The notes under the pieces: generated by a model
What the model was told of the DNA's origin: nothing
Database searches by the model: none
The model's input: the letters and a program-made list of their open reading frames with translations, nothing else
Source: Octopus vulgaris
Taxonomy: Eukaryota
DNA length: 64,000 nt
Reading direction: 5' to 3'
Assembly (NCBI GenBank): GCA_951406725.2
Contig: OX597819.1
Location: forward strand, 132,928,001 to 132,992,000
Shown here: positions 15,577 to 30,690 of the stretch, piece after piece
How the letters are laid out: each line of letters opens with the position of its first letter
How positions within the stretch are numbered: position 1 is the stretch's first letter
Program-made: the position numbers and the translations under genes

Positions 15577-15850
15577 ATATATATATATATATCAGGCACC
15601 TGCCGTCAGTAATTACTCAGAGTAGGCAGTTGGTGAGATTTATGTAGTAAAAAACACACAAAAAAATAAGCGAAACACATGCTCGCGACTGAGTTGAAGG
15701 CAGATATATTCACCTCTTAAAGCTGCCAAGCTTCATCCGCGCTGAATGGAGTTTGGTTGCTGGAGCTACGTTAGGAATTTCTTGGTGCACGTTGAGTAAA
15801 TTCTAAATGATTGTTACGGAAGATTGTGCATTGGAAACTTTACTTATCAC

Positions 15851-15952
15851 GACGATCGTTTCGGCATACTTCTGCACTGCTCCCTTGTGGATGAGAAACG
15901 ATGTAATGAAATCGAACGCACCCCCACAGTGCGGAATAAACCTCATCAGCTT
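15851..15952 (-). ncRNA. Hammerhead motif with extended stem II, downstream of a Penelope-like ORF fragment
   Basis: Minus strand reads CTGATGA-gg...ttccgcactg[...]cagtgcagaa...cc-GAAA-CGATCG-TC. Stem III is palindromic and the triplet is GUC, but stem I pairing is not evident. Confidence 0.55.
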
Positions 15953-16214
15953 ACATAATTTGGCTTCTAAGTTATAAATTTTACATTTCGCTCATATGTG
16001 TTGCTGGATGGTGTTGATAGTATTGGTGTGTTGGAAGTAGTCGGTTACGAAGTAGATTGGTAGAGCAGAATAACTGTGCTGTGTATTCAGTGCTCGACGG
16101 GCAACAAATGGTTGATAAAAATGTAAAAAATAGAATGCAAAGAATAAAGAGTTAGTTCAGTCTTGGCAGGGTTAACTACTCTACACTCTATTATGAAAGT
16201 CTATTATGATGAAA

Positions 16215-16690
16215 GTCAGTGAAATATACGCCTCCCTCTTGACCAGACATTCAGTTCTTTTACCTACATTAAACGCGTTTGTGATGGTTTTAGCCTCCAT
16301 GTCAATAGCGTTATATGGATTTACAGCAGATTTCTTCTATTTATGCTCAATGGCATTAGTTAACAATTTATCATGTATGTCTGTATCTAATTCGAATGGA
16401 TTGTTAATCTTGTCCGAAAATATAAACTTACTATTAAAGTTTTTTTTTAATAGTCTTGTGTCTTTAGCCAATTTAGATCGGAACTGGTGAGAATAAATGC
16501 ACTCAGTAAACCTAATCAGCAGATCAGTTTCGAAGTGGATAAAGTCTTTGACACGTAGAAGAAATTTCCGTGATTTAATATCGAAATGTTCAGTGACTGT
16601 TTTTGGTAATTCTCCTTCAAACTGTACGGCCTTCGGTCGTGAACGTTTAATAAAGTTTTCTGTTCTCTCTATGAGCATTCACAAGTAAAT
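16215..16690 (-). mobile_element. Penelope-like element ORF N-terminal (pre-RT) fragment
   Basis: LIERTENFIKR..K...F...DIKSRK...FETDL...FIFSDKINN.FELD...HDKLLTNAI, followed by IDMEAK.I....V..RTECL.KREAYISL. This is the typical N-terminal region of Penelope-like RT proteins. Confidence 0.7.
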
Positions 16691-17344
16691 GCTGCTTGGG
16701 GTGTAGGAATGCTTCTGGCAGAGTAGTTCTGATGAAAGACATTCATTGTGGTGCAGGTACTTGTATCGTAGACCGCTCCACTGTCCTGGCTAAGCCACGC
16801 CAATCTAAAGACGCATCTGCGATGATCAACCCAGCACGGTAACAATAAATTATGTGGGACTAAATTATATAGTAATAAACCATGTAACAAGTACAAAAGC
16901 CCTCGATCAGCTAAGCGAATCTCTTTCATATGCACGATGGAAATGTGTGTAAGGTTTAGGGGTTGGTATTATTGTAAGGTTGCAATGTGTGCAGTGGTAC
17001 CATATGTGTGGCGTTTTCTGGGTTGTGGGCGGATGCCCACAAGTCACAGAAATACCTGAGTGTTCGTTTGTGTGTGTGTTTTGTGCCTGTTTTGCTTAGA
17101 TTCTTTTGAGTATTTCTGTAGGTATGGATTGTTGGTGGGGGGGGGGGGTATATTGAGGCGGGGGTGGAACAAGGATTTTGAGTGGATGTCCGCCCGTGTA
17201 AAGGCGCGGATGTGGTTGTAACTACGTCTGTGTATGTTTTGGTCGCTTTCCCAGGTTTCCAGGTATTAGTGGAGGAAGAGCCGCAGTTGGGGAACTGGCG
17301 ACTATAGTCATGATGGAGTACATAGGTATGACAGAATATATTTC

Positions 17345-17540
17345 CTTTCATATGGGCAAGGACTAAAAATTTCATTTCTACTGTTTAGATAGATGTATGG
17401 ATGCTGAGAGTTCCTTAATATGGATCTTCTCTCGGCTAAGCATAAACAACTCTTCCTGCAGCTATTGAAGCAAGTATTGTCTGCGATTAATATTCTCCAT
17501 TTTGTGTTTTATTCTGTTGTGTTTTCTTTCAACGTCATTA
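17345..17540 (-). mobile_element. Penelope-like GIY-YIG endonuclease C-terminal fragment
   Basis: Minus strand reads LKEN...KWRIL...FNSCRKSCLCLAERRSIL....YLNSRNEIFSPCPY, matching the W.I...C.LCL.EK..I...LN.R.E....C.H pattern. Confidence 0.65.
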
Positions 17541-18025
17541 TGTGTTTGGTCAGGGATGTGATGTATCGTCACTCCTGGATGTTGAAGGAGGAATTGTGGT
17601 TGTTGTATCTGGTTATGAGGTGACCTTCAGTCGCTCCCACATTCTTTCCCACATTTGGTCGCCCATTTGGACCAATTGCTGTAACCTCTGCCTCACTTAC
17701 GACGGTTTCTGTATTACAATTGGCTATAAAGGGATCATGTTGTGTTGTCCCTACATGAGCATCCTGCCTCTGTCTCAGGTGTGGGTCGACCCACTAATAT
17801 CTTTTTTAGTTGAGGTTCACGGCTAAAGGAAACCATCAGGGTGTGTCTATTAAATATTTAACTGAACCTATTTACACGAGAGAAGTGTTTGTCTACAAAG
17901 TTAAAGAAAATCTTACCAACGCGGATTTTTACGCTTAAGGAGAAGGATGGTATGAACTAGAACACTTTCTGGTGGTGTTTTCTCTTCGAGGGGTTACGGT
18001 CTAGCGGAGCGCTTCTTAAACGTAT

Positions 18026-18470
18026 TCATGCTGCTACCCTCAACTGTGTTTCCTGCCGTGAGTTAAGCTCATCTGGAGGCCTTGACAGAAGGAGATCGAG
18101 CTTTGTTTTAAAGACCCCTATATCCACACCATGCAGGTCTCTCAAGCATTTTAGAAGGATATTGAAGAGCTGTGGGCCCCTGAAACCCCAGCTGTTGCAG
18201 TATCTGGTCCTGTATTTTGATGGCGATGCTGGGATCTCTGGCACTATATAGTGACGATGATCCCAGCATCTCCATCAAAATACAGAACCAGCTACTTGCA
18301 AGTGTCCTAGTGGAGTGGTGCAAACACTCTTGTATTGCACATTCAGTATTTCACTGATACTCCGGGGGTCTGTAATCGTTGAGATATTTTCTTCGAATAG
18401 TGACCCTATTTTGTACCGTACTGAAGCAGACTCTCTTGCATGTCTATAGAAGACTCTCGGGTTTGTGTCA
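18026..18470 (-). mobile_element. Internally deleted CR1-like LINE fragment
   Basis: NPRVFYRHA...IGSLF...ISEILNVQYKSV (post-endonuclease region) is joined to SWGFRGPQLFNIL.K.LRDL.....FKTKLD.LL...PD (CR1 C-terminus). Confidence 0.7.
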
Positions 18471-18864
18471 ATATATATATATATATGTATGCGTGAGTGT
18501 GCGTGTGCAATAGTTTTTGGTAAACAGCGTCGATTTTTGCAATTCTGCAAATAATAATAATAATTGTATTTTATAAGCTTAAAGCTTAAAAACGATAATT
18601 GTGCGATGACTAAAGAAACTAGTCTAATAATGGGGCATAAAAACCCTTGATGGAAAAAAGGGTTTCTCCATGGTTTGCTTCAAAATTCGAAATCCCCGGT
18701 GATATGTCTATGTCTGCGACCGCAGGGAGCTTTGTCTTCCTTGTCAGCTTATTAAGATAGTGGTCTGGTGGCTAATGCGTCGATTTGGCTCTTATTTCTA
18801 GCAATCGCCGTACCAATTTGTAACCTCTCTCACTTTAGTTACGTCTATAAATTTGGCTTTAGGC

Positions 18865-19149
<285 letters not shown>

Positions 19150-19377
19150 GTAGATATATATATATATATATATGTATATGTATATATATGGCCTCAAAAA
19201 TACTTGAGGGTGTGGCCTCAACAATTAGACAAATTACAGAAGCTACATACATAATAGAAAATAAACCTGGCCTGAATAGAAAACTAGAATGGAGCACTAA
19301 CACACACCACAACATATGACGATAGAGGATCCTGAAAACATAATAAATACACAGATAAATAAACTAATAGAAATAAA

Positions 19378-19422
<45 letters not shown>

Positions 19423-20014
19423 TTTTTAAATTAATTTTTTTATTTATAATTTTTTTTTTCGATTCGATTTATTATTGTTATTACTAGTATTGTTGTTATA
19501 CATACAAGCATATGTAATGATAATAATAAGTGGATGTAAACACATGAACAAAATAAGAATAAACAAAAACAACAAAAACAAAAACAAAATACAAATTACA
19601 TAAACATATATAAACAGAAGATACAAATATTACAGGCATCCCCCCACACACACACTAAATAAACATAAACGCACATGCGCAAATGAAGACATACAATAGA
19701 AATACAAAATGGCTGACGGTTAGTAAGGAGAGACACAAATAAAAAAGAAGAAAACAAAAGACCACTGATGCGGTCACAGGAGTGTGACGAAAGAACTCTG
19801 GCCGAAATAAGATTAAGATTAATGTAAAAAATAAATAACACTGAAGCAAAATAACACCAAATATATAGTGCGTGTGTATTTATTGGCTAAACTGGCAAAA
19901 TGACCATTCCGAAATATAACAATATATATATTAAGACCGATTAAGTAAGTACTAGGCTTACAAAAATAAGTGTATATGCATGTGTGAGTGTGCGTAAGTT
20001 GAACTTATAGAATA

Positions 20015-20207
20015 GTTAGTGCGTCGAGCAAAATGTTTAGCTGCGTTTATTCCTATTTTTTAACTATTTGAGTCCAAATGTGTCGCAAATCTCAAGTTTG
20101 TTTCTCATGTTTTTTCTGATCGACACAATAAAGTACCATTCAACATTAGGGTCAATATGGTCAACCCCCTAACAAAATTCCCGACCTCCTGCCAAAAGTA
20201 GAAACAA
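20015..20207 (+). mobile_element. Old SINE family A copy
   Basis: gttagtgcgtcgagcaaaatgtttagc...tgagtccaaat...aagtacca...gggtcaat...gacctcctgccaaaagtagaaac; heavily diverged. Confidence 0.5.
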
Positions 20208-20211
20208 TTAA

Positions 20212-20279
<68 letters not shown>

Positions 20280-20283
20280 AATC

Positions 20284-20905
20284 TGTCGCCCGCCCGCCTG
20301 TCGGCCGTGTCTCTCGTGATAATTGCTCCGCCATTTTCCCTTATCCGGGAAGGCAAGGCAGACTTCATCGTACTGTTGGCCATGGTGAAAGAATGTGTGT
20401 GGTGGACTCGAGCGAAAGGATTAGAGACAAACACTTACCTCTCTGGCCAATCGCTCATCAATTTTTTCAAGTACCACTTGAAAAGGAAGGTGAGAATGGA
20501 GAGGCAGGTTTTGTCTCGCGAAAGTTTCAAAAAAAGGTGGGTGAATGTAGCAAAGATGGTGCGTGCGAGTAACGAAACCACTTTGAGTATGATCCTCTAA
20601 ATCGTAAAAGAGAGCGAGAGAGAGCACTTTCCACTCATGTGTTTATTCCCTCCCTACCTGAGGTTACCGTAGTCTTTTCCGTAGTCTTTTCTTTCCACGG
20701 ATAAATCTAATCTTGCTTCTTACATTTAAAAATTTCTTCTGTGATACACGATCTCTTTTGATTGCCTTTTTTCCCTCTGAGCCTTTTGATCGGTATTATA
20801 CTTTTTTCTGTTTTTTTCCCATTTTCTTTTTCATTTTCGGAAAGAAAAGCTCTACATTTGTATTTGCCCCTACTGTGTTCAGCCCTGTGTGGCCAATAAA
20901 GAAAG
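20284..20905 (+). mobile_element. 3' fragment of an L1/Tx1-like LINE inserted in a (TATC)n tract
   Basis: ORF 20307-20600 (LLAMVKECVWWTR...F...L..KVRMER..L..ESFKKRW) resembles Tx1-type C-termini. It has a T-rich 3' UTR with AATAAA at 20895, and (TATC)n on both sides (20212-20283, 20907-20981). Confidence 0.6.
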
Positions 20906-20906
20906 A

Positions 20907-20981
<75 letters not shown>

Positions 20982-20982
20982 T

Positions 20983-21023
<41 letters not shown>

Positions 21024-21332
21024 CGCTTCTTTCCCTTCAACCTTTAAATCTCTGGAACTACTATAAGAATCGATTTTGCCAACCTTCTCTTGACGAAGGA
21101 AGCCGGAAACCTTGTAATATCTCCTTGTATCTCTTTACTGGTTGCACACCCATGGTGCCTGCATTCTCCACCTGCAGGTTATGAAGTTTACCATTATTAC
21201 GTAAATTCCAGCAATTCTGAAACAGCTGCCGAGTTTAGAAATTACGTATCTTCTTCTCTTCTTAGTATTCCGTATTTTTATATTCGATGTAAATACATTA
21301 ATATACATACATACATTCATACATACATATAA

Positions 21333-21395
<63 letters not shown>

Positions 21396-21478
21396 CATAT
21401 ATACATATATAGGTGTATGTGTGAGTGTGCGTATGTGAATCCTAATTGTGTCTATCTGCACACACACACACACATATA

Positions 21479-21542
<64 letters not shown>

Positions 21543-23181
21543 ATAGAGCGCGAGTCAGATAGATAGAAAGAGAACGAGAGAGAAATTGAGAAAGAATGAG
21601 AGACATAGACAGCTATTTTATCAGTTTATCACAGCTGTACAGTGATATAGAAATCACACAGCGATTTTGTAGTTCGTAATAAAGATGGATGAGTGTAAAT
21701 AGAGTAAAACCATAACTTTCTGTTTGTTGTAAGAAATGAAGTTACAGTTTTCTTTTTTAAGGATTTCATCTATAAAAATACATCTTGTATGAATTAATCC
21801 GAAGAAAATAAGATGGATTCGTAAAAATAATAATAATTCCCCACAAAACCCACGTAAACAAAACAACAAAATCCATTTTCCAACGAAGTAAGCCTAGAAA
21901 CCGGGAAGTTAATTAAGATTATCAGGAAATATGTTCAACTAATGCTATTTCGAAGCCTCAGTAGTTTACAGAAAAAATATTTGATTGATATTATCTCGAA
22001 CAAAGTAATTTGTAGAACTGGGTAAATGTATTAGAGTGTGGTAAGGTGATTAAACTTTCGTTAATTACCCAGATGATCATGTGATTCTCCAGAGGTTTCA
22101 GGTGTACCACATAGATCTAGTAATTTCTTGTTTGTTTAGCTAAGAATGAAGTATAGTTTTGGTTAATGGGTACCAACTGCGGCCCCTCGACACCTACACC
22201 TACTTTTATAGGCAGGTGAAGAAGGCGGCGAGCTGGCAGTGTCGTTAGCACTTCAAAGAGAATACCTCACGTAATGAGTCCAAATCGTGTCAAGACCAAA
22301 CTTTTACCTTCGTTTCGAATTCAATGAAAATTTACCAAGCAAAGGCAGTGGAATGATGGAACTGTTAGGGTATCAAGCAGAATACTGTGAGGTATATGTC
22401 TTGTATGTTTGTGTTCAACCAGGTAGGTTTGCACGAACTCTGGCGCCACATTTGCTCGGCACTAAGGCAGGCGGCCTTTCCATTGGTTAACATAATCAGG
22501 TGTGAAGTAATTTACATGCATGGGCGTTTCTAGGTTTTCCTTAATGAATAAATAAATAAAGAAACCTGGCTTTTGTCTGTACATAGGGCGGTAGGCAAAT
22601 AGTCAACTGCGAGTTACGAAGGCCCTGGACAAAGTGAAGATGATCGAGCGACGAAAATGAGTAGATCGAATCGAAACCCTTAAGATTAGGTTCTATATGT
22701 GATCGAATTCTTTCGAGGTAACTTTCAATATTATTGAGAAAATATTAAATGCTTGAATGTATGCAACATTCAAAGTGTAATTTGTCTTAAACATATGTAT
22801 GTATATATTTATGTGGATTTGATTCATTCTCAGTCGAAAGACGCCTGTTCTTATTCCTTGTTGTTTGTTTTCGTAGTTGTGTACCATGTTCTCCGCCTTT
22901 TTTGTTTATTGTTTTTTTTTTGTCTTTGCTGCCGTACAAATGCGGCAGCTTTCTTACAAAGGGGTCTAACGCTCTTAGCTTAGATTTTTTGAGGGGGAAC
23001 CAGATCGAACTATCTCAAGTGTAACTGCCCGAAATGATCGTGACTTCTGGGACTTGACTGAAGAAAGAAAGCCAAGAATGACCCGCCTTTCTTTTACCTG
23101 TCCTTCTAATTGTTGTTCCTCTTGCCTACCTTTGTATCGTCGATCTGTCCAAACGTTTTAATGCACTCTATTGTGTTTTTG

Positions 23182-23217
<36 letters not shown>

Positions 23218-23232
23218 TATATATATACACAA

Positions 23233-23289
<57 letters not shown>

Positions 23290-24672
23290 CACACATGTGC
23301 ATACATACACGCACGCATACATGTATGTCTGTATAGAAGATATATTAAAAATATATATTAAAAAAAGATATATATTAAAAAAAAAACACTAGCGACTTAT
23401 TTCTCCTGAATGCCTTTCAAATATTCTGAGGAAGAATATCAATAATTCCTTTTAATGATCTGCTCATATATTTAAAGTCTGGTTGCCTTGAGTTGTACAT
23501 TCAACAAAAATTGAAAGCAGCAAATGTTAGATAGGCATTATGGCTTGTCTGTCAGAGTACCTTTCTTTTGAAAATCATCTTTATATTCATGTGTGAAAAG
23601 CTGGCAAACTGCCGGATGTGAAATTTTGGTTTGTATGAGTTTAGCAATGTTTAAGAGGGCCAATTTAATTGCTAACAGAATCTACAGGGAAACACGCCCA
23701 TGAAACTATTGCTATGGGGTTGGATGAACACTCGTTTATCTCGAAACGCTTATCGCCCCTCTGTCTAAAGATTTTAAATACTTTACAGGCCAAATAAACG
23801 TTTATCATTTTCTAGTCGTTAGATAAATCCAGGACAACCCATCAACATATCTGACATATATAAGGAAAATTACACCAATTCCAGCGCATGTAAGACGACA
23901 GTTGTTATTTCTGGTACAAGTTTCGATAATGTAGTTCTATAAAACATGGCTATTCATGTTTATTCCGGAGGTCAGAACATAAATTTCTATAACGTAGTCA
24001 GCTGCACAAAATAGTCTCTTTGAAGATATACAAAATATACAGCAGCAATTTCAACATTCACTAGACAATGCTACATAATACATTACAATGCTACTAAGAA
24101 TTGTACACTACAAGATTACATCTAACTGCAAAACTGCACAATACTTCTAATGCTGCGTTAGATCAGTAAAAGTAGATCTATAAGCTTTCAAAAAATATGT
24201 CTAAATGCTTGCGTCAGTAAAAGTCACAGATTTCTTTGTTCAGCAAAGTAAAAGATTTACAGAACAATTCTACACATTCTGTGTAGGAACTCGAAGACCT
24301 TTTTAGATTTATGTTAGCGAAATATCATTTGAAAGCGAGAGTGGCTTACTATGAGTGGTAGTATTATTAAAGTGTACGCGAGCTTAATGAAAGGAAGACA
24401 AGAAAACGGTGTCGATGGAGAGTGAGAGAGAGTGAGAGGAGGAAAGAAAGAGAAGTTGAAAGAGAAAACGAGAGCGAGAGAGAGTGGGAGGGGGAGGGAG
24501 CGGTGTTGATGTTTGTGGAAATTATCATTGTTATAGTATCGATTGAAGTTCAATGACATTTTATAAAAATGTTATTTCTGTCTTGTTTCCAAGAAATTCG
24601 ACATCGAGTAAAGTTGAACTAGGCGGCTCTCTTCTGCATTGTAACTGGTGTGACTGAAACTAAGAAATGATT

Positions 24673-24673
24673 A

Positions 24674-24751
<78 letters not shown>

Positions 24752-24820
24752 AATGATGATGATGCTGATGATAATGATGATGATGTGAAGAATGACGACG
24801 ATGACGATGATGCAACCACC

Positions 24821-24878
<58 letters not shown>

Positions 24879-24920
24879 ATGATAACAATGATAATAACAT
24901 CAACAACAACAACAATAATA
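24673..24920. repeat. Compound trinucleotide microsatellite (GAT)n-(GAC)-(ACC)-(ACT)n-(AAC)
   Basis: Directly visible. Confidence 0.9.
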
Positions 24921-25156
24921 ATTTTATTAGCCACAGGGCATTGATAAGGGCAGACAACAATTTGATAAAAGTTTGCATCGTATAAAAAGTACGTGAAAAC
25001 ATGACTTATGCAGACCTGATACAGGATAAACTCCAACTAGGGCCAATCAAGGAACCCTACAGATCCAGGATTACCTTGGCTACAAAAAGCACAGGCTTTC
25101 TCCCAAATATTTCTCTCCAATCTACAGGCGCATGCTTAGGGTAGGAATAATAATTC

Positions 25157-25300
25157 TTTCAATTTTGGCCCAAGGCCGGCAGTTTTGAAAGGGGGCACAA
25201 ATCGATTACTTCGATCCCTGTACTTCATTGGTTCTCCATTTTATCGTCCCAGACAGGATTAAAGACAAAGTTGATATCGGCGGAATTTCAACTCAGAACT
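25157..25300 (-). mobile_element. SINE family A copy, 5'-truncated
   Basis: ttttggcccaaggcc-gca...tcgattac-tcga-cc-gtac...tttatcg-ccc...aaag-caaagttga...cggcggaattt-aactcagaac is the reverse complement of family A. Confidence 0.7.
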
Positions 25301-28300
25301 TATCAATTCGGAAAAAAAAAATACTTCTCAACATTTTGTACGGCTGTTGGCAGGGCGATTGTTATATGATATCCTGGTCTACAACTATTCAATATGTCGG
25401 ACTGTCAACATATTCATATGAGGTCACATTTACATATGGTGTATAGTTTCAGTCGTTCATAGCAATGAATAAGTCGTCCATTAATTTTTATATCAATTTA
25501 AATTCGGTGTAACTACGCAGAAGTTTTCTTATGACATGATACAAGCGCGTTAAACAGGTCATTCGTTAGACTTCATCTACTCATTATAACCCGGAGCAAT
25601 CATGATGTGGACCTTTCGAATTCTCTGAAACATACAACTGTCATCTTTAGCTTTATGAGAAACTACAGATATTGCAACAACCGCTGTGCCTCTGAATAAT
25701 TAAGCTGAACTTCCATTCTGATACCACCAAAAGAGCTATCACTAGATTTTACAATTAATGAAGTGTATTTAATAAATTTTATTGAAATTGTTGATTTTGC
25801 TGCCTTTCTCAGAAAAGAAAGACAATCCAAACCTGACTACTGCATCAGAGTTGCCTGCCATTCCCTAGGTATCCGCCATTATGACATATAGTTATTGTAA
25901 TCCTTAGCAATCATCGAAGTTCTGATTCCATCACTTATGAACCAGTTAAGAGCAACGCTAATTAGACACCGTGATCGCTTCACAATTTCCCTGGGTTCAT
26001 CCTCAGAATCAAGAGAAGAAAAATTCCAACACATTAATTAGAATGTTGGACACACACACAAATGAAGAATTAATACAAAAACTTATTCCATAAACATAAA
26101 CCATGGATACTTGTGTTCAAATCTTTAACACCTTTCCAGAATTCTTTAATTATTTTCTGTTTCATATCAAAGGCCGTGACCATGCTGGGGCAATGCCAGC
26201 GTAATCAACTTTTCAATGGCAATTCTTATGCGATTGGCTTTTGGCGAAGAAAGGGACTTTCACGTTGCTGCCCCCTTTTGAATTTCTTGCAGGTTCATCC
26301 GGGACCTTGGACATCAGGTGATCAAGTTGTTTCTTGAAAACATCTGCGCCAACTCCATGATACTCTAGGGCATCGGTAGTAACCACTGGTCTGACATAGA
26401 GAGGTGTCAGAGGTGGCTACGCTGGATCATTTGTTGTTTACGGTGGTCTCGAGTGCTGGTACGTGTTGCTCAAACTCAATGTCTGATGAAGCCAGGTCAG
26501 TTGCCTTACAATCTCCTGTGCCATTTCCAAAAAGACCGCTGTTCGGTAGCTGCTGTCCACACTGAATCTACATTTTACTTCCTCTTAGGAAACTTCCGCA
26601 CATTTCCATGATAGGGGCATCGTGTTTTGTGACCGGGTCTTGTGGACTTGGGGTTGAGCAGTTCTACAGCTGGTCCTAATGTCTCCAAAGCATAAGGCAC
26701 CCTTTGCATAAAACTGTTTCAAGAATCTTGATGAAACACTTCGGTGGAAGTTGAAAGATTAGTCCTCAGGACCAGAATCTGTTTGCTGTCCAAGAATTCC
26801 AAATATTTTCATGTCTTTAATAATATTTTTTAGATCATAAGACGATTGGACGATATCTTGATTGCTTTCATCATCTTCGTTAATGACAGTATTCAGTCTA
26901 TCTACATTGGTCGTTTCTTTTGATGGAGTTACGGAAGGGGTTTCAATTGTTATGGGGTCAGAATTAGAATGGGAAGAGATTCTTGTGACAAAGTAGGCCT
27001 TTCATACAATTTCAATCAGAAATTACATGTAACTTAATTAAATACTTTATCAATTCAACCAAACTTTGATCCCATTGCTGCTCAGTTTGTTTTCTTAAAA
27101 TATTTTCTCATCAACAGAAATAGAACATTTTTACCGATTCTGAAATATAAATAAACATCTCTTCTGCAGAAATAAATGTTGCAATCATTTCACCTGGGTT
27201 TTTAATTCTAAATTAAGTTACAATAATCACTTCTTTTTTGCCTTCAAACTTTGAAGTAAAATTATTTGTGTTAAATGTAAACCATTCTTTAGTAATACCA
27301 GACCACCGGACCCTTATCTCTAGCCTTCAAAATAAGGACTTTTAAATGAGGCGTTTAGTAACAGAGTGTCTTAAGCGCTACCCCGGCCATTTTCGAGGTT
27401 ATTATTTCATTTTCTTTATCTAGACGTCTAGAATACGAAAAAGTTGGGAGGAAGAATCGGTGAGGCTTCGAATAAGGTCGAAAATCCGACTGAAACAATT
27501 GTACCTCGGCGCTATTGACACGACTCTCCCTCATCTTAAATCGGACAAGAGATTTTAGTAAAACACCATCGTAAGCACACACGCTCAATCAATAACGTTG
27601 GTCTCTGTATCGTTTTTCGAGCTCTTATGGCTCATTGTCAATTCCTCATTACCATCGGAACGATAATTGCCTGTTGTCTTACTATCTTGTCTTACCTCTT
27701 AAAGACACCTTGGTATATAAAAACTTAAACAATCCCTTTTGGATATCTCTGTATGCAATACACCGTTTCGTGGTACCGGTATATTCTACAAATTGAGAAA
27801 GACGCAGTCATTGTTTCATCCCTCAGATGAATACATAAATAAATAATAGCAAGTTCACACCGTTTTAGGCACAATATTACCTTATTACCTTATCATTAAT
27901 AACGGTAATAATACATCTTTATTTAAACTTATTCTTACTCAACATAGTTTTCTTTCAAACGGAGCGGGACTTTTAAAGTAAGGAACGCACACGAGCGAAT
28001 ATAGTGAATATTTTAGAAAAAGATGTTAAAATGTTATTTTCAACTGAAGATCCCAGAGAATGTTGGCCAAACAGAGGGTGAAATCAATTGGTATTGAAAT
28101 ATACATTTCTTACTGATGTATTCAACACAAAGGTAAGTCTATTTCTCATCCGTTCATTGCATTGCTCGTGTGTATCTTTATTCGTGGTTCTGGAGCCTCG
28201 GCTCTGATTTTAGCAACTGGTATTATATATCGAATTGAATCTAAATTTAGCTTATATTGTGCCTGTAACAATGCGAGCTTGTTAGCCATTCTATTATTAC

Positions 28301-28361
28301 CTTATTAATATCATCGTTAATGACGGTAATAATACAGCTTTATATGTATGCATATATATGC

Positions 28362-28398
<37 letters not shown>

Positions 28399-29086
28399 AT
28401 TTCCCGAAAGCTAGTCTAGGACCTTCTGTGATTCGCTCTGGATCTCGAAAACGTTGTTAAATCGGCGACCTTTCAAGAGGAGGTGAAAGTCCTCAGCGAT
28501 ACCATGTTGTTTTGGGCGAGAAACTCACGAGTGAGCAGATCTCGGTAACAGGGTACATTTTCGTAGTGAAGAATCCAGTTATTCACTCTCCGGATCCGGT
28601 CAATTTCGGCTCAAACGCTTTAAAAAGTCATTGATTGTCCTTCGAAGATTCTCATACACAAGCTCATGAATTTTCTCCACCTTTCCGGGGGTGACCCTCG
28701 TGGCAGGTCTTCCATATCACTCGTCGTCTTCCAGAGAACAGGGGTATTCTTCCACTTTTGAAGCGCACGTTTCACTCAAAACATTGCGTACGGCCCATTG
28801 CCTCATCGCCATAAGCTTGCTGAAGCATGCTCAATGTCTTTGTAGTAGAAACTTTCACGCTGGTTCTTTCTTCCAACTTCCTGTCCTTGACAAAATCGCA
28901 ATCTACAGCATACACGTGATGACAAAAGCACACATTTCAGAACTTGCGAAGTAAACGCAACAATGTTACTCGGCAAACTGTCTCACGGAGGTCATTGCTA
29001 GCTCTTACTACGTAGGCAACCGTGTGCTGCCACCTGTTAGCGTGCTACAGAACTAGTCCGGGGACTTGGTGATATCACCACGTGTA
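28399..29086 (-). mobile_element. Decayed, internally deleted mariner-like transposon (one TIR left)
   Basis: Minus strand gives NWILHYENVPCY..LLTREFLAQNNM (the WILHHDNAP region) and LKGRRFNNVFEIQSESQKVL. A TIR-like cgtggtgatatcaccaagtccccggactagttc lies at 29050-29082. Confidence 0.7.
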
Positions 29087-29244
29087 TAGTATATTCTATG
29101 AAGGTAAGATGAACAAAAATGTACTCATTCTGGTGAGAGATGAATAATATTATATATATATATATGTATATTATAAATATATATATATATATGTACAAAT
29201 ATTATATAATATTGTATAATATTATATAATATTAATATAATATG

Positions 29245-29284
<40 letters not shown>

Positions 29285-29288
<4 letters not shown>

Positions 29289-29540
29289 TTTAAATTTATC
29301 CAATGATGAAGAGAACAATTTAAATGCGCCATCTTAATTTAAGAGAATTTTGTCTCAACCTAAACGACTCAAAACTTGTTAGTGAAATTGGGAGTAACAG
29401 CAAATTGATTTAATTCGGTAAGATATGAAACCAAATTAAATTTGAGTGATGTGCCTCAACTTGTAACTCACTGTAAACATTATTATGAAGATTAAAATAA
29501 AATTACCCACCCCAATCCATTTCCACTAATTTTTTCAAGG
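29285..29540 (+). repeat. Dispersed non-coding repeat family D, copy 1
   Basis: Matches 30722-30899 (+) and 33730-33987 (-). All copies start at atcgtttaaattt and contain a TGATGAag...GAAAC-like relic. Confidence 0.85.
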
Positions 29541-29712
29541 GACCTCGAAACAGAAATATATATATATAAGGCTTCATCAAATAGAATAGCACTCAATGAG
29601 TTAAGAGAGTAAAGATATTAGAATTAGAAAGCAACAAGCCCTGCGAATTACACAGGGTCGTTGTATTTCAGAAGGCTTGTGATTTTTATAATAATAATAA
29701 TAATAATAATAT

Positions 29713-30690
<978 letters not shown>

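Noticed and set aside
16730-16770. CTGATGA cores at 16730, 26483, 36473(-), 48184(-) and CTGACGA at 44591(-)
   Set aside because: None has a correctly placed stem II plus GAAA and cleavage triplet.
21087-21117. ttgacgaaggaagccgGAAACcttGTA
   Set aside because: Hammerhead-like spacing, but the core is mutated, stem II is only 2 bp and there is no stem I; cannot be told from chance.
28042-28090. caaCTGAAGAtccc...gggtGAAAtcaattgg
   Set aside because: Stem III and the cleavage triplet cannot be formed together with stem I.
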